64,000 bases of DNA from Tagaea sp. (GTDB lineage: Bacteria > Pseudomonadota > Alphaproteobacteria > CACIAM-22H2), in contig CBDIIB010000003.1 of the NCBI GenBank assembly GCA_965279525.1, positions 416,001 through 480,000 of the forward strand, read 5' to 3'. A program made the translations under genes and the position numbers. The notes under the pieces are model-generated. The model was not told where the DNA came from. It saw only the letters and a program-made list of their open reading frames with translations, and did not search any database. Position 1 is the first letter of the stretch. Each line of letters starts with the position of its first letter. This document shows positions 49,525 through 59,737 of the stretch, one piece after another.

Positions 49525-50707
49525 TGAGCTGATCGCGAAGGTCGCGACGCTCGGCCGCGAGAAATTCGCGCCGCGCGCAGAACGATACGATCGCGAGGCG
49601 AGTTTCCCGTTCGAAAATTACACCGACTTGCGCGAGGCGGGACTGCTCGGCCTGTGCGTGCCCAAGCGCCACGGCGGACTGGGCGCCGACTTCGCAACCT
49701 ACTGCCGCGTGGCGGCTGAAATGGGCCGCTGGTGTGGTGCCACTGCACTCACGTTCAACATGCACGCCTGCTCGGCACTGTGGACCGGCCCGCTCGCCGA
49801 CGAGCTCGACATGACCGACGAGCAGCGCGCCGAGCTTGAGAAGCTGCGCGCCGGGCACTATCGGCGGATCATCGAGCAGGGTGCCGTCTATGCCCAGCCG
49901 TTCTCGGAAGGCTCGGCCGCCGCTGCCGGCAAAGCGCCATTCGGCACGCTCGCGGCAAGAGCCGATGGTGGCTGGATCATCAACGGCAAGAAGATCTTCG
50001 CTTCGCTCGCCGGGGCGGCCGACTATTACGGCATCCTGTGCACCGAAGACAGGCCCGACCGCTCGATGCACGACACGCTCTATATCGCGGTGCCGAAGGA
50101 TGCGCCCGGCGTGACGGTTACCGGCGACTGGGACCCGCTGGGCATGCGCGGCACGGTTTCGCGCACCTTGATCCTGAAGGACGTGTTCGTCGCGGACGAC
50201 GCACAGCTGCTGCCGCGCGGCCTCTATTTCAAGGCGGCGTCGGCATGGCCGCACATGTTCATGACGCTTTCGCCGACATATATGGGAATTGCACAGGCCG
50301 CCTACGACTTCACGGTCCAGTACCTGCGCGGCGAGACGCCCGGCCAGCCGCCGATCAAGCGGCGGATGTACCCGACAAAGCAGATCGCAGTGGCCGAGAT
50401 GTACATCAAGCTCGCCCAGACACGGGCCCTGTTCGAACGGACGATCGACGCGGCGAAGGTCAACCCGTCCAAGCACGAGCGGCTCGATGCCTATGCCGCG
50501 CAATACACGATCATGGAGAACGCCAACGATCTGTGCCGGCTGGCGATCCGGACCTGCGGTGGCCAGTCGATGCTGAAGTCCCTGCCGCTCGAACGGCTCT
50601 ATCGCGACAGCCGCTGCGGCTCGCTGATGCTGCCCTGGACCGCGGAGCTATGCCTTGACCGGCTCGGGCGGGAAACGCTCTACGAGGCCGGCGAAAGCGA
50701 CGCGTGA
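49517..50707 (+). CDS. Acyl-CoA dehydrogenase-fold flavoprotein
   Basis: VPKRHGGLG, ALTFNMH, INGKKIFAS, WDPLGMRGT, LERLYRD. Confidence 0.88.
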   Translation: MLDELIAKVATLGREKFAPRAERYDREASFPFENYTDLREAGLLGLCVPKRHGGLGADFATYCRVAAEMGRWCGATALTFNMHACSALWTGPLADELDMTDEQRAELEKLRAGHYRRIIEQGAVYAQPFSEGSAAAAGKAPFGTLAARADGGWIINGKKIFASLAGAADYYGILCTEDRPDRSMHDTLYIAVPKDAPGVTVTGDWDPLGMRGTVSRTLILKDVFVADDAQLLPRGLYFKAASAWPHMFMTLSPTYMGIAQAAYDFTVQYLRGETPGQPPIKRRMYPTKQIAVAEMYIKLAQTRALFERTIDAAKVNPSKHERLDAYAAQYTIMENANDLCRLAIRTCGGQSMLKSLPLERLYRDSRCGSLMLPWTAELCLDRLGRETLYEAGESDA

Positions 50708-52155
50708 TGGATATCTCCGTCTGGATCGAGCGGCACGCCGCCCGAACGCCGGATCGGACCGCGATCCTGTTCGAAGGCGCTGCCTTGAGCTATAGGGCAC
50801 TTGCCGAGCGGATCGCGTTTCTGGCAGGCGCGCTTGCCGCACGCGGCATCGTTGCGGGTGATCGTGTCGCACTTCTGGCGATGAACCATCCCGACTATCT
50901 GGCACTGCTGTTCGCCTGCGCCCGGCTGAGTGCGATGCTGGTTCCGCTCAACTGGCGCCTCGCACCCGCCGAGCATGCGCAGATCCTCGCCGATGCCGCT
51001 CCGAATCTGGTCATCGGCGAACGCGCGTTCGCGGCAAGCCTGACGGGCAGGGCGCCGGTCTGGCTGGACGAACTCGATGCGCTCGCCACGGCGCCGCCGG
51101 ACCGCGCCGGCGCACCGGACCGGCCGGTACTGCTGGTCTACACGTCGGGGACGACGGGCCGGGCGAAGGGCGCAATCCTCACGCAGGACGCGCTGGCCTG
51201 GAACGCCGTCAATAGCCAGCACATGCACGACATGACGGCGAACGACCGCATCTTGACCTTCCTGCCGATGTTCCATGTCGGCGGGTTGAATATCCAGACG
51301 GTTCCCGCCCTTTCGCTCGGTGCCGAAATCGTGCTGATGCGCCGTTTCGATCCTGGCGAGGCATTGGCCGCGATCGCGGCGAAACGCCCGACGCTGTCGC
51401 TTGTCGTGCCTGCGGTCATGGCCGCCCTGATCGGGCATCCGGCGTGGCCGACGGCCGATCTTTCGAGTCTGCGCCTGCTCGGTGCCGGATCTTCGATCGT
51501 GCCGGTCCGGCTGATCCGCGCCTTCCACGCGCGCGGCGTGCCGGTGGCGCAGGTCTATGGTGCCACCGAGACCGGACCCATCGCGATCTACCAGAAGCGG
51601 GACGACGCACTGGCCAACGAAGGCTCGACCGGCCAGCCCGCCCTGCATTGCGAGGCAAGGCTCGAGGACGGCGAGATCCTGATCCGGGGGCCCAATGTCG
51701 CGACCGGCTACTGGCGCGATCCCGAGGCCACCCGCGAAAGCTTCGCCGATGGCTGGTTCCGCACGGGCGATCTTGGCCGGATCGATGCCGGCGGGCATTG
51801 GTGGGTGGACGAGCGCAAGAAAGACATGATCATTTCCGGCGGCGAGAACATCTATCCGGCGGAGATCGAAGCAGCACTGGCCGCGCATGACGACGTCGCC
51901 GACTGTGCCGTCGTTGCCAGACCCGACGCACGCTGGGGCGAGGTTCCGGTCGCGTTCGTTGTCCGTCGGGCCGGGACGACGGTTGCGGATGCCGAACTGA
52001 GGTCCTTTCTCGACGGCCGGCTGGCGCGCTTCAAATGGCCCAAGGCCTTCCGGTTCGTCGATGACCTGCCGCGCAACGCGATGGGGAAGGTGCAGCGCTA
52101 TGCGCTACGTGCCCAGGCCCGCGAGAGCGGGGAACAGGCCGATCAGGCCGACTGA
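50704..52155 (+). CDS. AMP-dependent acyl-CoA synthetase
   Basis: YTSGTTGRAKG, YGATE, FRTGDLG, SGGENIYPAEIE, LPRNAMGK. Confidence 0.92.
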   Translation: MMDISVWIERHAARTPDRTAILFEGAALSYRALAERIAFLAGALAARGIVAGDRVALLAMNHPDYLALLFACARLSAMLVPLNWRLAPAEHAQILADAAPNLVIGERAFAASLTGRAPVWLDELDALATAPPDRAGAPDRPVLLVYTSGTTGRAKGAILTQDALAWNAVNSQHMHDMTANDRILTFLPMFHVGGLNIQTVPALSLGAEIVLMRRFDPGEALAAIAAKRPTLSLVVPAVMAALIGHPAWPTADLSSLRLLGAGSSIVPVRLIRAFHARGVPVAQVYGATETGPIAIYQKRDDALANEGSTGQPALHCEARLEDGEILIRGPNVATGYWRDPEATRESFADGWFRTGDLGRIDAGGHWWVDERKKDMIISGGENIYPAEIEAALAAHDDVADCAVVARPDARWGEVPVAFVVRRAGTTVADAELRSFLDGRLARFKWPKAFRFVDDLPRNAMGKVQRYALRAQARESGEQADQAD

Positions 52156-52749
52156 TACGATCTGGACGGCGATCGCGGCCAGCAGCAGCCCGAAGATCCG
52201 GTTGAGGATGTTGAGCCCCGTGCGGCCAAGCTGCCGGCCGATCGGATCGGCAAGCCGCAGCGTGATCCAGACGACCACGCAGACCAGCGCGATGCACGCG
52301 ACGACGCCGGCCAGATGGGCAAGCTCGGCGCTGCGCTTCGTTTCGATGATGGTCGACGAGATCGAGCCGGGCCCGACCAGCAGCGGAATGCCGATGGGTA
52401 CGACGCCGAGTGCCGGCTTCTGGCCGGCTTCGTCGGCTTCTACCTGCGTCTGCTGGACGGGCGAGACCTGCGCATTGAGCATCGACAGGCTCATCAGGAA
52501 AAGCACGATGCCGCCGCCCACACGGAACGCGTCGAGACTGGTCCCCAGCACGCGCAGCAGCACGTCGCCGGTCAACGCCGTCACGAACAGCACGGCGAAT
52601 ACCGTCGTCGCCGCCATGTTGGCCGTGCGCGCGCGGAACCGGTCATCCTGGCCGGCGGTCAACGCCAGGAAGACCGGGATTGCCGCAAATGGCGTCAGGA
52701 TCGCCAGCAGCGTGACGAAGAAGCGGGAATAGTCGGCCAGATTGCCCAA
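52105..52749 (-). CDS. MarC-family membrane protein
   Basis: AILTPFAAIPVF, AFRVGGGIVLF, VPIGIPLLVGPGSIS, RIFGLLLAAIAVQ. Confidence 0.88.
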   Translation of the reverse strand: MGNLADYSRFFVTLLAILTPFAAIPVFLALTAGQDDRFRARTANMAATTVFAVLFVTALTGDVLLRVLGTSLDAFRVGGGIVLFLMSLSMLNAQVSPVQQTQVEADEAGQKPALGVVPIGIPLLVGPGSISSTIIETKRSAELAHLAGVVACIALVCVVVWITLRLADPIGRQLGRTGLNILNRIFGLLLAAIAVQIVSVGLIGLFPALAGLGT

Positions 52750-52754
52750 GCACT

Positions 52755-53681
52755 CTATCCCTTGTGAGGGTGCGTCTTGATCCAGTGCCGGGCGATGTCC
52801 ATGCGGCGCGTGACCCAGACCCGGTCGTGCTTTTCGACATGATCCAGGAAGCGCTGGAGTGCACGCAAGCGCCCCGGGCGACCGATCAGGCGCATATGGA
52901 GGCCGATCGACATCATCTTGGGCGCTTCCGCGCCTTCGGCATAGAGGACGTCGAACGCATCGCGCGCATAGGCAAACCAGTCGTCGCCCGTGTTGAAGCC
53001 CTGCGCGGTACCGAACTTCATGTCGTTCACGTCGAGGGTATAGGGAACCACCAGATGGCCCTTCTTGCCGACCTTCGTCCAGTAGGGCAGGTCGTCGTTA
53101 TAGGCGTCGCTGTCGTAGAGCATGCCGAATTCGGCCGCCAGCGCACGCGTGTTGGGCGACACGCGGCCGGTGTACCAGCCGACGGGGGCCACGCCCGTCG
53201 CCTTCCGGATCGCGTCGATTGCCATCTTGAAATGGCGGCGCTCTTCGGCGACCGGCATCTTCTGATAGTCGAACCAGCGCCAGCCATGGCTTGCCACTTC
53301 ATGGCCGCCTTCGATCATCGCCTTGCCGGCGTCGGGATTGCGCGCGAGCGCCATGCCGACCGCCCAGGACGTGAAGGGAAGGCGCCGCTTCTCGAACTCC
53401 CGCAGGATCCGCCAGAAGCCGGCGCGGCTGCCGTACTCGTAGACGCTTTCGGTGCTTTCGTCGCGCCGGCGCTGGCGCGGGACGAGCCCGACGACTTCCT
53501 GCAGATAGACTTCCGATTCCCGGTCGCCGTGCAGGATGGATCGCTCGCCGCCTTCCTCGTAGTTGGCGACGAACGACACCGCCACGCGCGCATTGCCGGG
53601 CCATTTCGCATGCGGCGGATTGCGGCCGTAGCCGATCAGGTCGCGCGGATAGGCGGTGGATTTACGCTTCGGGCTTGGCAT
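52755..53681 (-). CDS. puuE: Allantoinase PuuE (polysaccharide deacetylase fold)
   Basis: YPRDLIGYG, NYEEGGE, ESVYEYGSRAGFWR, SHGWRW, GWYTGR, MMSIGLH. Confidence 0.88.
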   Translation of the reverse strand: MPSPKRKSTAYPRDLIGYGRNPPHAKWPGNARVAVSFVANYEEGGERSILHGDRESEVYLQEVVGLVPRQRRRDESTESVYEYGSRAGFWRILREFEKRRLPFTSWAVGMALARNPDAGKAMIEGGHEVASHGWRWFDYQKMPVAEERRHFKMAIDAIRKATGVAPVGWYTGRVSPNTRALAAEFGMLYDSDAYNDDLPYWTKVGKKGHLVVPYTLDVNDMKFGTAQGFNTGDDWFAYARDAFDVLYAEGAEAPKMMSIGLHMRLIGRPGRLRALQRFLDHVEKHDRVWVTRRMDIARHWIKTHPHKG

Positions 53682-54867
53682 CGGCCGCTGGCTCCGCTTC
53701 GTTGATCGACGTGAGAATCCGGACGAAGTTGAGCAGCATCGCGTCTTCGCCCGGCGGGGCGATGAACGACACGCCGACCGGGGCGTCCTGCGCGAAACCG
53801 GCCGGCAGCGAGATCTGCGGCAGGCCGGCAAGGCCGGCGATGCAGGTCAGCGGCAACGTGCGCTGGCGCACGCGATCGAACGTGGCGTCGTCGGCCTCGC
53901 GAAGCGGGGCCGGGGTCGCCGCAGTCGGGATGCAAAGGACCGTCCCTTCGGTCATCAGTTCGGCCATGCGCTTGCGGATGGTTTCGCGTCGGCCCGAATG
54001 CGTGGCGACCGCGTCCTTCGTGACGCTCCGGCCGAAATCGAAGCGGGCGGCGACGTCGGCCGCCAGCTTCGGTTTCACCTCGCTGATCCACTCGCCGTGG
54101 CAGGCCCACGCCTCGGCCGCCGAGAGCATCCGGAAGGTCTCGACCCAGTCGGCCAGCCCGGCCCCGGCAATCTCGATGTCGTAGGAAAGGTCGAAGAACG
54201 ATTTCGCCCGCCCGATCCACGGGAGCAGGGCCGCGTACACGTCGCCGTCGGCCAGCCGCATCGCGTCGGTGGCCACGAGAAGGCGGGTCGGCTCGGGCGG
54301 TTCGGTGCTTTCGTCCAGAAGGGCCCGGCCGACGCGCTCCAGCAGTTCGCCGTCCCGGGTGAACCAGCCGACCGCATCGAAAGAAGGGGCGAGTGGCACG
54401 ATCCCCTCCGCCGAGATGCGCCCGTGTGTCGCGCGCATGCCGAAGAGGCCGCAATAGCCGGCCGGCACCCGGATCGAACCGCCGGTATCCGTTCCGATCG
54501 CGAAGTCGCAGGCCCGTCCGGCAACGGCGGCGGCCGAGCCCGACGACGAGCCCCCGGGAACCCGATCGGGTGCGGCGGGGTTGGCGGGCGTGCCGTAGTG
54601 GATGTTCCGCCCGGTCAGACCGTACGCGAGCTCGTCCATAAGCGTCTTGCCAAGGAGCATCGCACCCGCATCGAGCAAGGCCTGGACGGCCGGTGCCGTC
54701 TTCGTTGCCTTGTTGTGGGTCTGCAGCCAGGTCGGGCTGCCGGCGCCGGTCCGGTGGCCGGAAATGTCGTAGTTGTCCTTGGCCGAGAACACGGTCCCGC
54801 GCAGCGGGCCGTCCTCGGCACCGGATATCTTTACGCGCTCGTGTCGCGTGTAGGCATCGAGGTTCAT
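53662..54867 (-). CDS. Amidase-signature enzyme (short type)
   Basis: FSAKD, GKTLMDELAY, PGGSSSGS, GTDTGGSIRVPA. Confidence 0.9.
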   Translation of the reverse strand: MNLDAYTRHERVKISGAEDGPLRGTVFSAKDNYDISGHRTGAGSPTWLQTHNKATKTAPAVQALLDAGAMLLGKTLMDELAYGLTGRNIHYGTPANPAAPDRVPGGSSSGSAAAVAGRACDFAIGTDTGGSIRVPAGYCGLFGMRATHGRISAEGIVPLAPSFDAVGWFTRDGELLERVGRALLDESTEPPEPTRLLVATDAMRLADGDVYAALLPWIGRAKSFFDLSYDIEIAGAGLADWVETFRMLSAAEAWACHGEWISEVKPKLAADVAARFDFGRSVTKDAVATHSGRRETIRKRMAELMTEGTVLCIPTAATPAPLREADDATFDRVRQRTLPLTCIAGLAGLPQISLPAGFAQDAPVGVSFIAPPGEDAMLLNFVRILTSINEAEPAADAKPEA

Positions 54868-56666
54868 TGCTGTGCCATATCCTGGATGTAGGCGCGCCAG
54901 CCGCCGAACCGGGTGATGTCGCGGGCCGATCTGAGGGCGGCAGGCTCGCAGACGAATCCCTTGCACCAGCTGCCATCATCGATCTCGACCGAGCCGATCG
55001 CAAGCGGTTGCGGGACGAGCCCGACGAAAGAGCCGAACGCCGACACCGGCATTTCCCAGATTTCCAGTTCGATGGCGGCTCCGCCCTCGCCGACGCGCTC
55101 GAGACCCGGCTTGGGCGGAACGGTACCCGCAAGCGCATAGAGCCGGTAGGCAGGTGCCGTCTTGGCACGTCGCAGCAGCTTGGCCCCTCGTTCGGTCAGT
55201 TGGCCGTTGAGCGGCATTCCGGAGAGATGCGCCCCGACGACCGCGACCTGTATCGTGTGCGAGGCCGCCGGCACGAGCGGTGCTTGAGCCGGTTGGGTGG
55301 CGCCGGTCGCACCAAGCCGCAGGCCGGTCTTGCGATGGAAGGCATCGCCAAGACCGGCTAGCCAGCCGTCCTGCCATGCTTGGCCGATCAGCGTGATTCC
55401 CGTCGGCAAGCCGTCGGCGCGGATCGCCGCTGGCACGGCAAGCGCCGAGAGGTCGAGCAGGTTGACGAAGTTCGTGTAGTAGCCGAGCTCGGTATTGTGC
55501 CGGATCGGCTCGGCGACAAGCTGGTCGAGCGTGAAGATCGTGCCGCTTGTCGGCAATGCCATCACGTCGATCGATTTCCAGACGCCGACCGCACGGCGCC
55601 GGAGCTCTTCCAGACGATAGAATGCCCGGAACGCGGCGACGGCGTCGTATTTCGACGCGTTGGCGATGACGGCGCGTGTCGTCGGATGGATGTCGCCCGG
55701 CCGTTCGCGCATCAGCGTTTCGATCGCCGCATAGCGTTCCGCGACCCACGGGCCGTCATAGAGAAGGTCGGCGGTTTCCTTGAACGGCGCGTAGTCGAAC
55801 TCGACGGCCTCACCCCCGAGCGCCGTCAGGCGATCGAGGGCGACGCGATACTGGCGCTCGGCTTCCTTGTCGCCGAAAAAGCGGAGTTGGTCCGACCGCG
55901 GAACGCCGTAACGGAAACGGGCCGGCGGCGCCGTCAGGACAAGCGGAACACCGTCGGCGTCGGCACGCGAATAGGGATCGGCCGGATCGAAACCGGCAGC
56001 CACCCGTGTCGTGGCAAGCGCGTCGGGAACGGTCAGGGCGAAAATCGAGATGACATCGAGCGTTCGGCATGCCGGCACAAGCCCGGTCGTCGACAGCAGC
56101 CCCTTGGTCGGCTTGAGCCCGACAAGATTGTTGAATCCCGCCGGCACCCGGCCCGATCCCGCCGTGTCGGTCCCGAGCGCAAAGGAGACGAGACCGGCGG
56201 CGACTGAGACTGCCGATCCGGACGACGATCCGCCCGGGATATAGCGCGGATCGAACGTGTTCTGCGGGATGCCATAGGGCGAGCGCACGCCGACCAGACC
56301 CGTGGCGAACTGGTCGAGATTGGTCTTGCCGATCGGGATCGCTCCCGCCGCGACGAGCCGCTCGACGACGTGCGCCGAACGCTGCGCGACGTAGGAGAAT
56401 GCCGGGCAGGCCGCCGTCGTCGGCGCACCTTCAAGATCGACATTGTCCTTGATCGCGAACGGCAGCCCCCAGAGCGGCGCCGACCGGGGGAGTGCGGACA
56501 GGCTCGCCGCGGCGGCAAGTGCCTTCTCGCGCGGCACGACATGCAGCCAGGTCGGATCGTCGCCGCGTGCGGCGATACGATCATAGACCATGGCAACGGT
56601 ATCGCGCGGATCGCGGCCTTGGGAATAGGCCGACCGGAGGGATGCGAAATCGAGGCTGTCCTGCAT
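54864..56666 (-). CDS. atzF: Allophanate hydrolase
   Basis: FAIKDNVD, GKTNLDQFATGLVG, GTDTAGSGRVPA, YTNFVNLLDL, C-domain VVGAHLSGMPLN...FGGWRAY. Confidence 0.93.
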   Translation of the reverse strand: MQDSLDFASLRSAYSQGRDPRDTVAMVYDRIAARGDDPTWLHVVPREKALAAAASLSALPRSAPLWGLPFAIKDNVDLEGAPTTAACPAFSYVAQRSAHVVERLVAAGAIPIGKTNLDQFATGLVGVRSPYGIPQNTFDPRYIPGGSSSGSAVSVAAGLVSFALGTDTAGSGRVPAGFNNLVGLKPTKGLLSTTGLVPACRTLDVISIFALTVPDALATTRVAAGFDPADPYSRADADGVPLVLTAPPARFRYGVPRSDQLRFFGDKEAERQYRVALDRLTALGGEAVEFDYAPFKETADLLYDGPWVAERYAAIETLMRERPGDIHPTTRAVIANASKYDAVAAFRAFYRLEELRRRAVGVWKSIDVMALPTSGTIFTLDQLVAEPIRHNTELGYYTNFVNLLDLSALAVPAAIRADGLPTGITLIGQAWQDGWLAGLGDAFHRKTGLRLGATGATQPAQAPLVPAASHTIQVAVVGAHLSGMPLNGQLTERGAKLLRRAKTAPAYRLYALAGTVPPKPGLERVGEGGAAIELEIWEMPVSAFGSFVGLVPQPLAIGSVEIDDGSWCKGFVCEPAALRSARDITRFGGWRAYIQDMAQQ

Positions 56667-56828
56667 GTCGACTCGGGGAAGCTTTCTGTGGCACCGCGCG
56701 ATGCAAGACCGTAGCCAAAGACGGCCGGGATTTCCACGCCGCCCTCGCTCCGGCGCCCCGTTTCAACGCATTGACAGTGGCGGGGCGGGCAGGGCTCTAA
56801 TCGGGGTGCCAGAACAGGGAGCAGGGCA

Positions 56829-57920
56829 ATGCGGAAAGAATGGATCCTCGGGATCGTCGCGTTGCTGGCGGGGATTTCGCCGGCAGGCGCACAGGGCACG
56901 CTCAACGTCTACAACTGGAACGACTACGTTTCCCAGCAGGCGATCGAGAGATTCCAGAAGGAAACCGGCGTCCGCGTCGTCTACGACACCTACGATTCGA
57001 ACGAGACGCTCGATGCGAAGCTCCGCGCCGGCCGCTCGGGCTACGACCTCGTCGTTCCGACGGCTTCGCCGTTCCTTGCCCAGCAGATCCCGGCAAGGCT
57101 CTATCGCGAATTCGACCGGGCGCGCCTGCCGAACTTCGCCAATCTCGATCCGGCGGTGATGCGCCAGCTCGAACGTTTCGATCCCGGCAACCGCTTCGGC
57201 ATCCCGCACCTGTCGAGCACGACCGGCATCGGCTACAACGCCGAGCGCGTCGGGCGCGTCATGGCCGATGCGCCCGTCTATTCCCTGCGCATGATCTTCG
57301 ATCCGGAGATCGCGCGGCGCTTCCAGTCCTGCGGCATCGTCGTTCTCGATTCGCCGACCGACGTGTTTCCTGCAGCACTTGCTTATCTGGGGCTCGATCC
57401 CGATTCGAAGTCGCCCGAGCATCTTGCGCGTGCGACCGAGCTGGTCATGCGCATCCGGCCGTTCGTGCGCAAATGGCATTCGTCGGAGTACATCAACGAT
57501 CTCGCCAATGGAGACGCATGCATTGCGTTCGGCTACTCGGGCGACATCAAGCAGGCAGCCGCCCGGGCGGCGGAGGCGAAGAAGGCGAGTGTGCGCGTCG
57601 AATACGCGATTCCGCAGGAAGGCGCCCTGCTGTCGCACGACGTCTGGGCGATCCCGGCCGACGCGCGCAACGTCGAGGCGGCCCATCGCTTCGTCGACTT
57701 CATGCTGCGGCCCGATATCGCGGCGCTGAATTCCGACGCGGTCGGATATCCCAATCCGGTGCCTGCGTCCCGGCCGCTGGTGACGCCTGAGGTCCGCGAC
57801 GACCCGACGGTATTCATGCCGCCCGAGATCCGCGCACGTCTCTATACGATCACGCCGGCCGCACGCGACTACGAACGCCTTCGCACGCGCGCCTGGACGC
57901 GCGTGACGTCCGGACGATAG
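56829..57920 (+). CDS. potF: Polyamine ABC substrate-binding protein (PotF/PotD-like)
   Basis: LNVYNWNDY, YDTYDSNE, GYDLVVP, SSEYINDLANG, GYSGD. Confidence 0.85.
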   Translation: MRKEWILGIVALLAGISPAGAQGTLNVYNWNDYVSQQAIERFQKETGVRVVYDTYDSNETLDAKLRAGRSGYDLVVPTASPFLAQQIPARLYREFDRARLPNFANLDPAVMRQLERFDPGNRFGIPHLSSTTGIGYNAERVGRVMADAPVYSLRMIFDPEIARRFQSCGIVVLDSPTDVFPAALAYLGLDPDSKSPEHLARATELVMRIRPFVRKWHSSEYINDLANGDACIAFGYSGDIKQAAARAAEAKKASVRVEYAIPQEGALLSHDVWAIPADARNVEAAHRFVDFMLRPDIAALNSDAVGYPNPVPASRPLVTPEVRDDPTVFMPPEIRARLYTITPAARDYERLRTRAWTRVTSGR

Positions 57921-57932
57921 GGGCACCCCCGG

Positions 57933-58886
57933 TTGATCCGCGTCGAAGGCCTTGCCAAGCGCTTCGGCGGGATCGCGGCCGTCGACGGCGTCGACCTCGA
58001 TATCGCGCCCGGCGAGATATTCTGCCTTCTGGGGCCATCGGGCTGCGGGAAGACGACGCTGTTGCGCTGTATCGGCGGCTTCGAGATCCCCGATGCAGGC
58101 CGGATACTGCTCGACGGCAGCGACGTGACCCGGGTTCCGCCATGGTCGCGACCGGTCAATACGGTCTTCCAGAATTACGCGCTCTTTCCGCACATGACCG
58201 TCGCGCAGAACGTCGCCTTCGGGCTCGAGACGCTGTCGCTCGATGCTGCCGAACGGGTGGCGCGGGTGAGCGAGATGCTCGGCCTCGTGCGACTGGAGGG
58301 GTTTGAAGCAAGAAAGCCTTCCCAGCTCTCCGGCGGACAGCGCCAGCGCGTGGCGATCGCGCGTGCGCTAGTTCGCCATCCCAAGGTCCTGCTGCTCGAC
58401 GAGCCGCTCTCGGCGCTCGACGCCAAGCTGCGCGAGGAGACACGCCTCGAGCTTGTCGAGTTGCAGGCGCGGCTCGGGATCGCGTTCGTCTTCGTCACCC
58501 ACGACCAGGACGAGGCGATGGCGATCTCCGACCGGATCGGCGTCATGGAGCGCGGCCGGATCGTCCAGATCGCGACACCAGGCGAGCTCTATGAGCGGCC
58601 GGCAACGCGGTTCGTCGCCGAGTTCGTCGGCCGGATCAATATCTTCGCCGCTCCGGACGGGGGCGGATGGCTCGCGATCCGGCCCGAACGCGTGGCGCTT
58701 GGAGCCGGCCCGCATCGTGGCCGCGTGCGCGAATGCGCCTATCTCGGCGAACGGCGCCTCGTATTCATCGACAGTGCCTTGGGTCGCGTCACGGCAAGCG
58801 TTGCCGGGGACATACCCGCGCTGGAGAACGGAACCGAAATCGCGTTCGGCTGGCCGAGGGATGCCGAACGAAGGCTCTCACGATGA
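57933..58886 (+). CDS. potG: Polyamine ABC ATPase
   Basis: [29 protein letters not shown]. Confidence 0.85.
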   Translation: MIRVEGLAKRFGGIAAVDGVDLDIAPGEIFCLLGPSGCGKTTLLRCIGGFEIPDAGRILLDGSDVTRVPPWSRPVNTVFQNYALFPHMTVAQNVAFGLETLSLDAAERVARVSEMLGLVRLEGFEARKPSQLSGGQRQRVAIARALVRHPKVLLLDEPLSALDAKLREETRLELVELQARLGIAFVFVTHDQDEAMAISDRIGVMERGRIVQIATPGELYERPATRFVAEFVGRINIFAAPDGGGWLAIRPERVALGAGPHRGRVRECAYLGERRLVFIDSALGRVTASVAGDIPALENGTEIAFGWPRDAERRLSR

Positions 58887-59737
58887 GTTCCGCACCTTGG
58901 GCAACGCATGCGCGCCGGTTGTTCATCGTCCCGGCCTTCGCGTGGCTTGTCGCGACGGTGGCTGCACCATTGGTCCTGGTCGCGGCCATCAGCCTTGGCG
59001 AGGCGACGCAAGGTGCACCGCCGTTCGAATGGGGCTTCTCGCTCTCGAGCTATGCGCTGGTCTTCGCAGACGATCTCTATTGGGGCGCTTTCCTGACGTC
59101 GGCGCGCATTGCGGGAACATCGACGGCAATCTGTCTCCTGATCGGATACCCGATGGCGTTGGGAATCGCGCGGGCCCGGCCCGACCGACGTGCATGGCTG
59201 CTGTTCCTCGTGATGCTGCCGTTCTGGACCTCGTTTCTCGTCAGGGTTTACGCGTGGATGGGGCTGCTCCGGCCGACCGGGCTGGTGAATTCGGCGCTTC
59301 AGGCGCTGGGGCTGATCGACGAACCGCTGGCGCTTATCGCGAACGCGTTCGCGGTGCATCTTGGCATCGTGTTCGCCTATCTGCCGTTCATGATCCTGCC
59401 GCTGTATGCCACGCTTGAACGGATGGATCCGGCATTGCTCGAGGCGGCCCAGGATCTCGGCGCAGGCCCGGTGCGCGCGTTCTGGCGCGTGACGTTCCCG
59501 CTGTCCTTGCCGGGTGTCGTTGCCGGATCGCTCCTCGTTTTCATTCCTGCCAGTGGCGAGTTCGTGATCCCGGACCTGCTCGGTGGTCCGGATACCCCGA
59601 TGGTCGGCCGAATCCTGTGGCTCGAATTCTTCCAGAACCGCGACTGGCCGGTCGCCTGTGCCATCGCGACCATGCTTGCCGCCATTCTTGCCGGCCCGAT
59701 CCTGCTGTTCGACCGGTTGCGGACGCGCGGCGTATGA
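58883..59737 (+). CDS. potH: Polyamine ABC permease
   Basis: [35 protein letters not shown]. Confidence 0.85.
   Translation: MSSAPWATHARRLFIVPAFAWLVATVAAPLVLVAAISLGEATQGAPPFEWGFSLSSYALVFADDLYWGAFLTSARIAGTSTAICLLIGYPMALGIARARPDRRAWLLFLVMLPFWTSFLVRVYAWMGLLRPTGLVNSALQALGLIDEPLALIANAFAVHLGIVFAYLPFMILPLYATLERMDPALLEAAQDLGAGPVRAFWRVTFPLSLPGVVAGSLLVFIPASGEFVIPDLLGGPDTPMVGRILWLEFFQNRDWPVACAIATMLAAILAGPILLFDRLRTRGV

Noticed and set aside
52105-52155. 51-bp convergent overlap between CoA ligase and marC
   Set aside because: Short 3' overlaps are common in compact high-GC genomes; no further signal
56689-56705. Sigma-54 promoter or NtrC site TGGCACCGCGCGATGCA
   Set aside because: GG-GC spacing is 11 rather than 10, and the NtrC half-site spacing is also off by one
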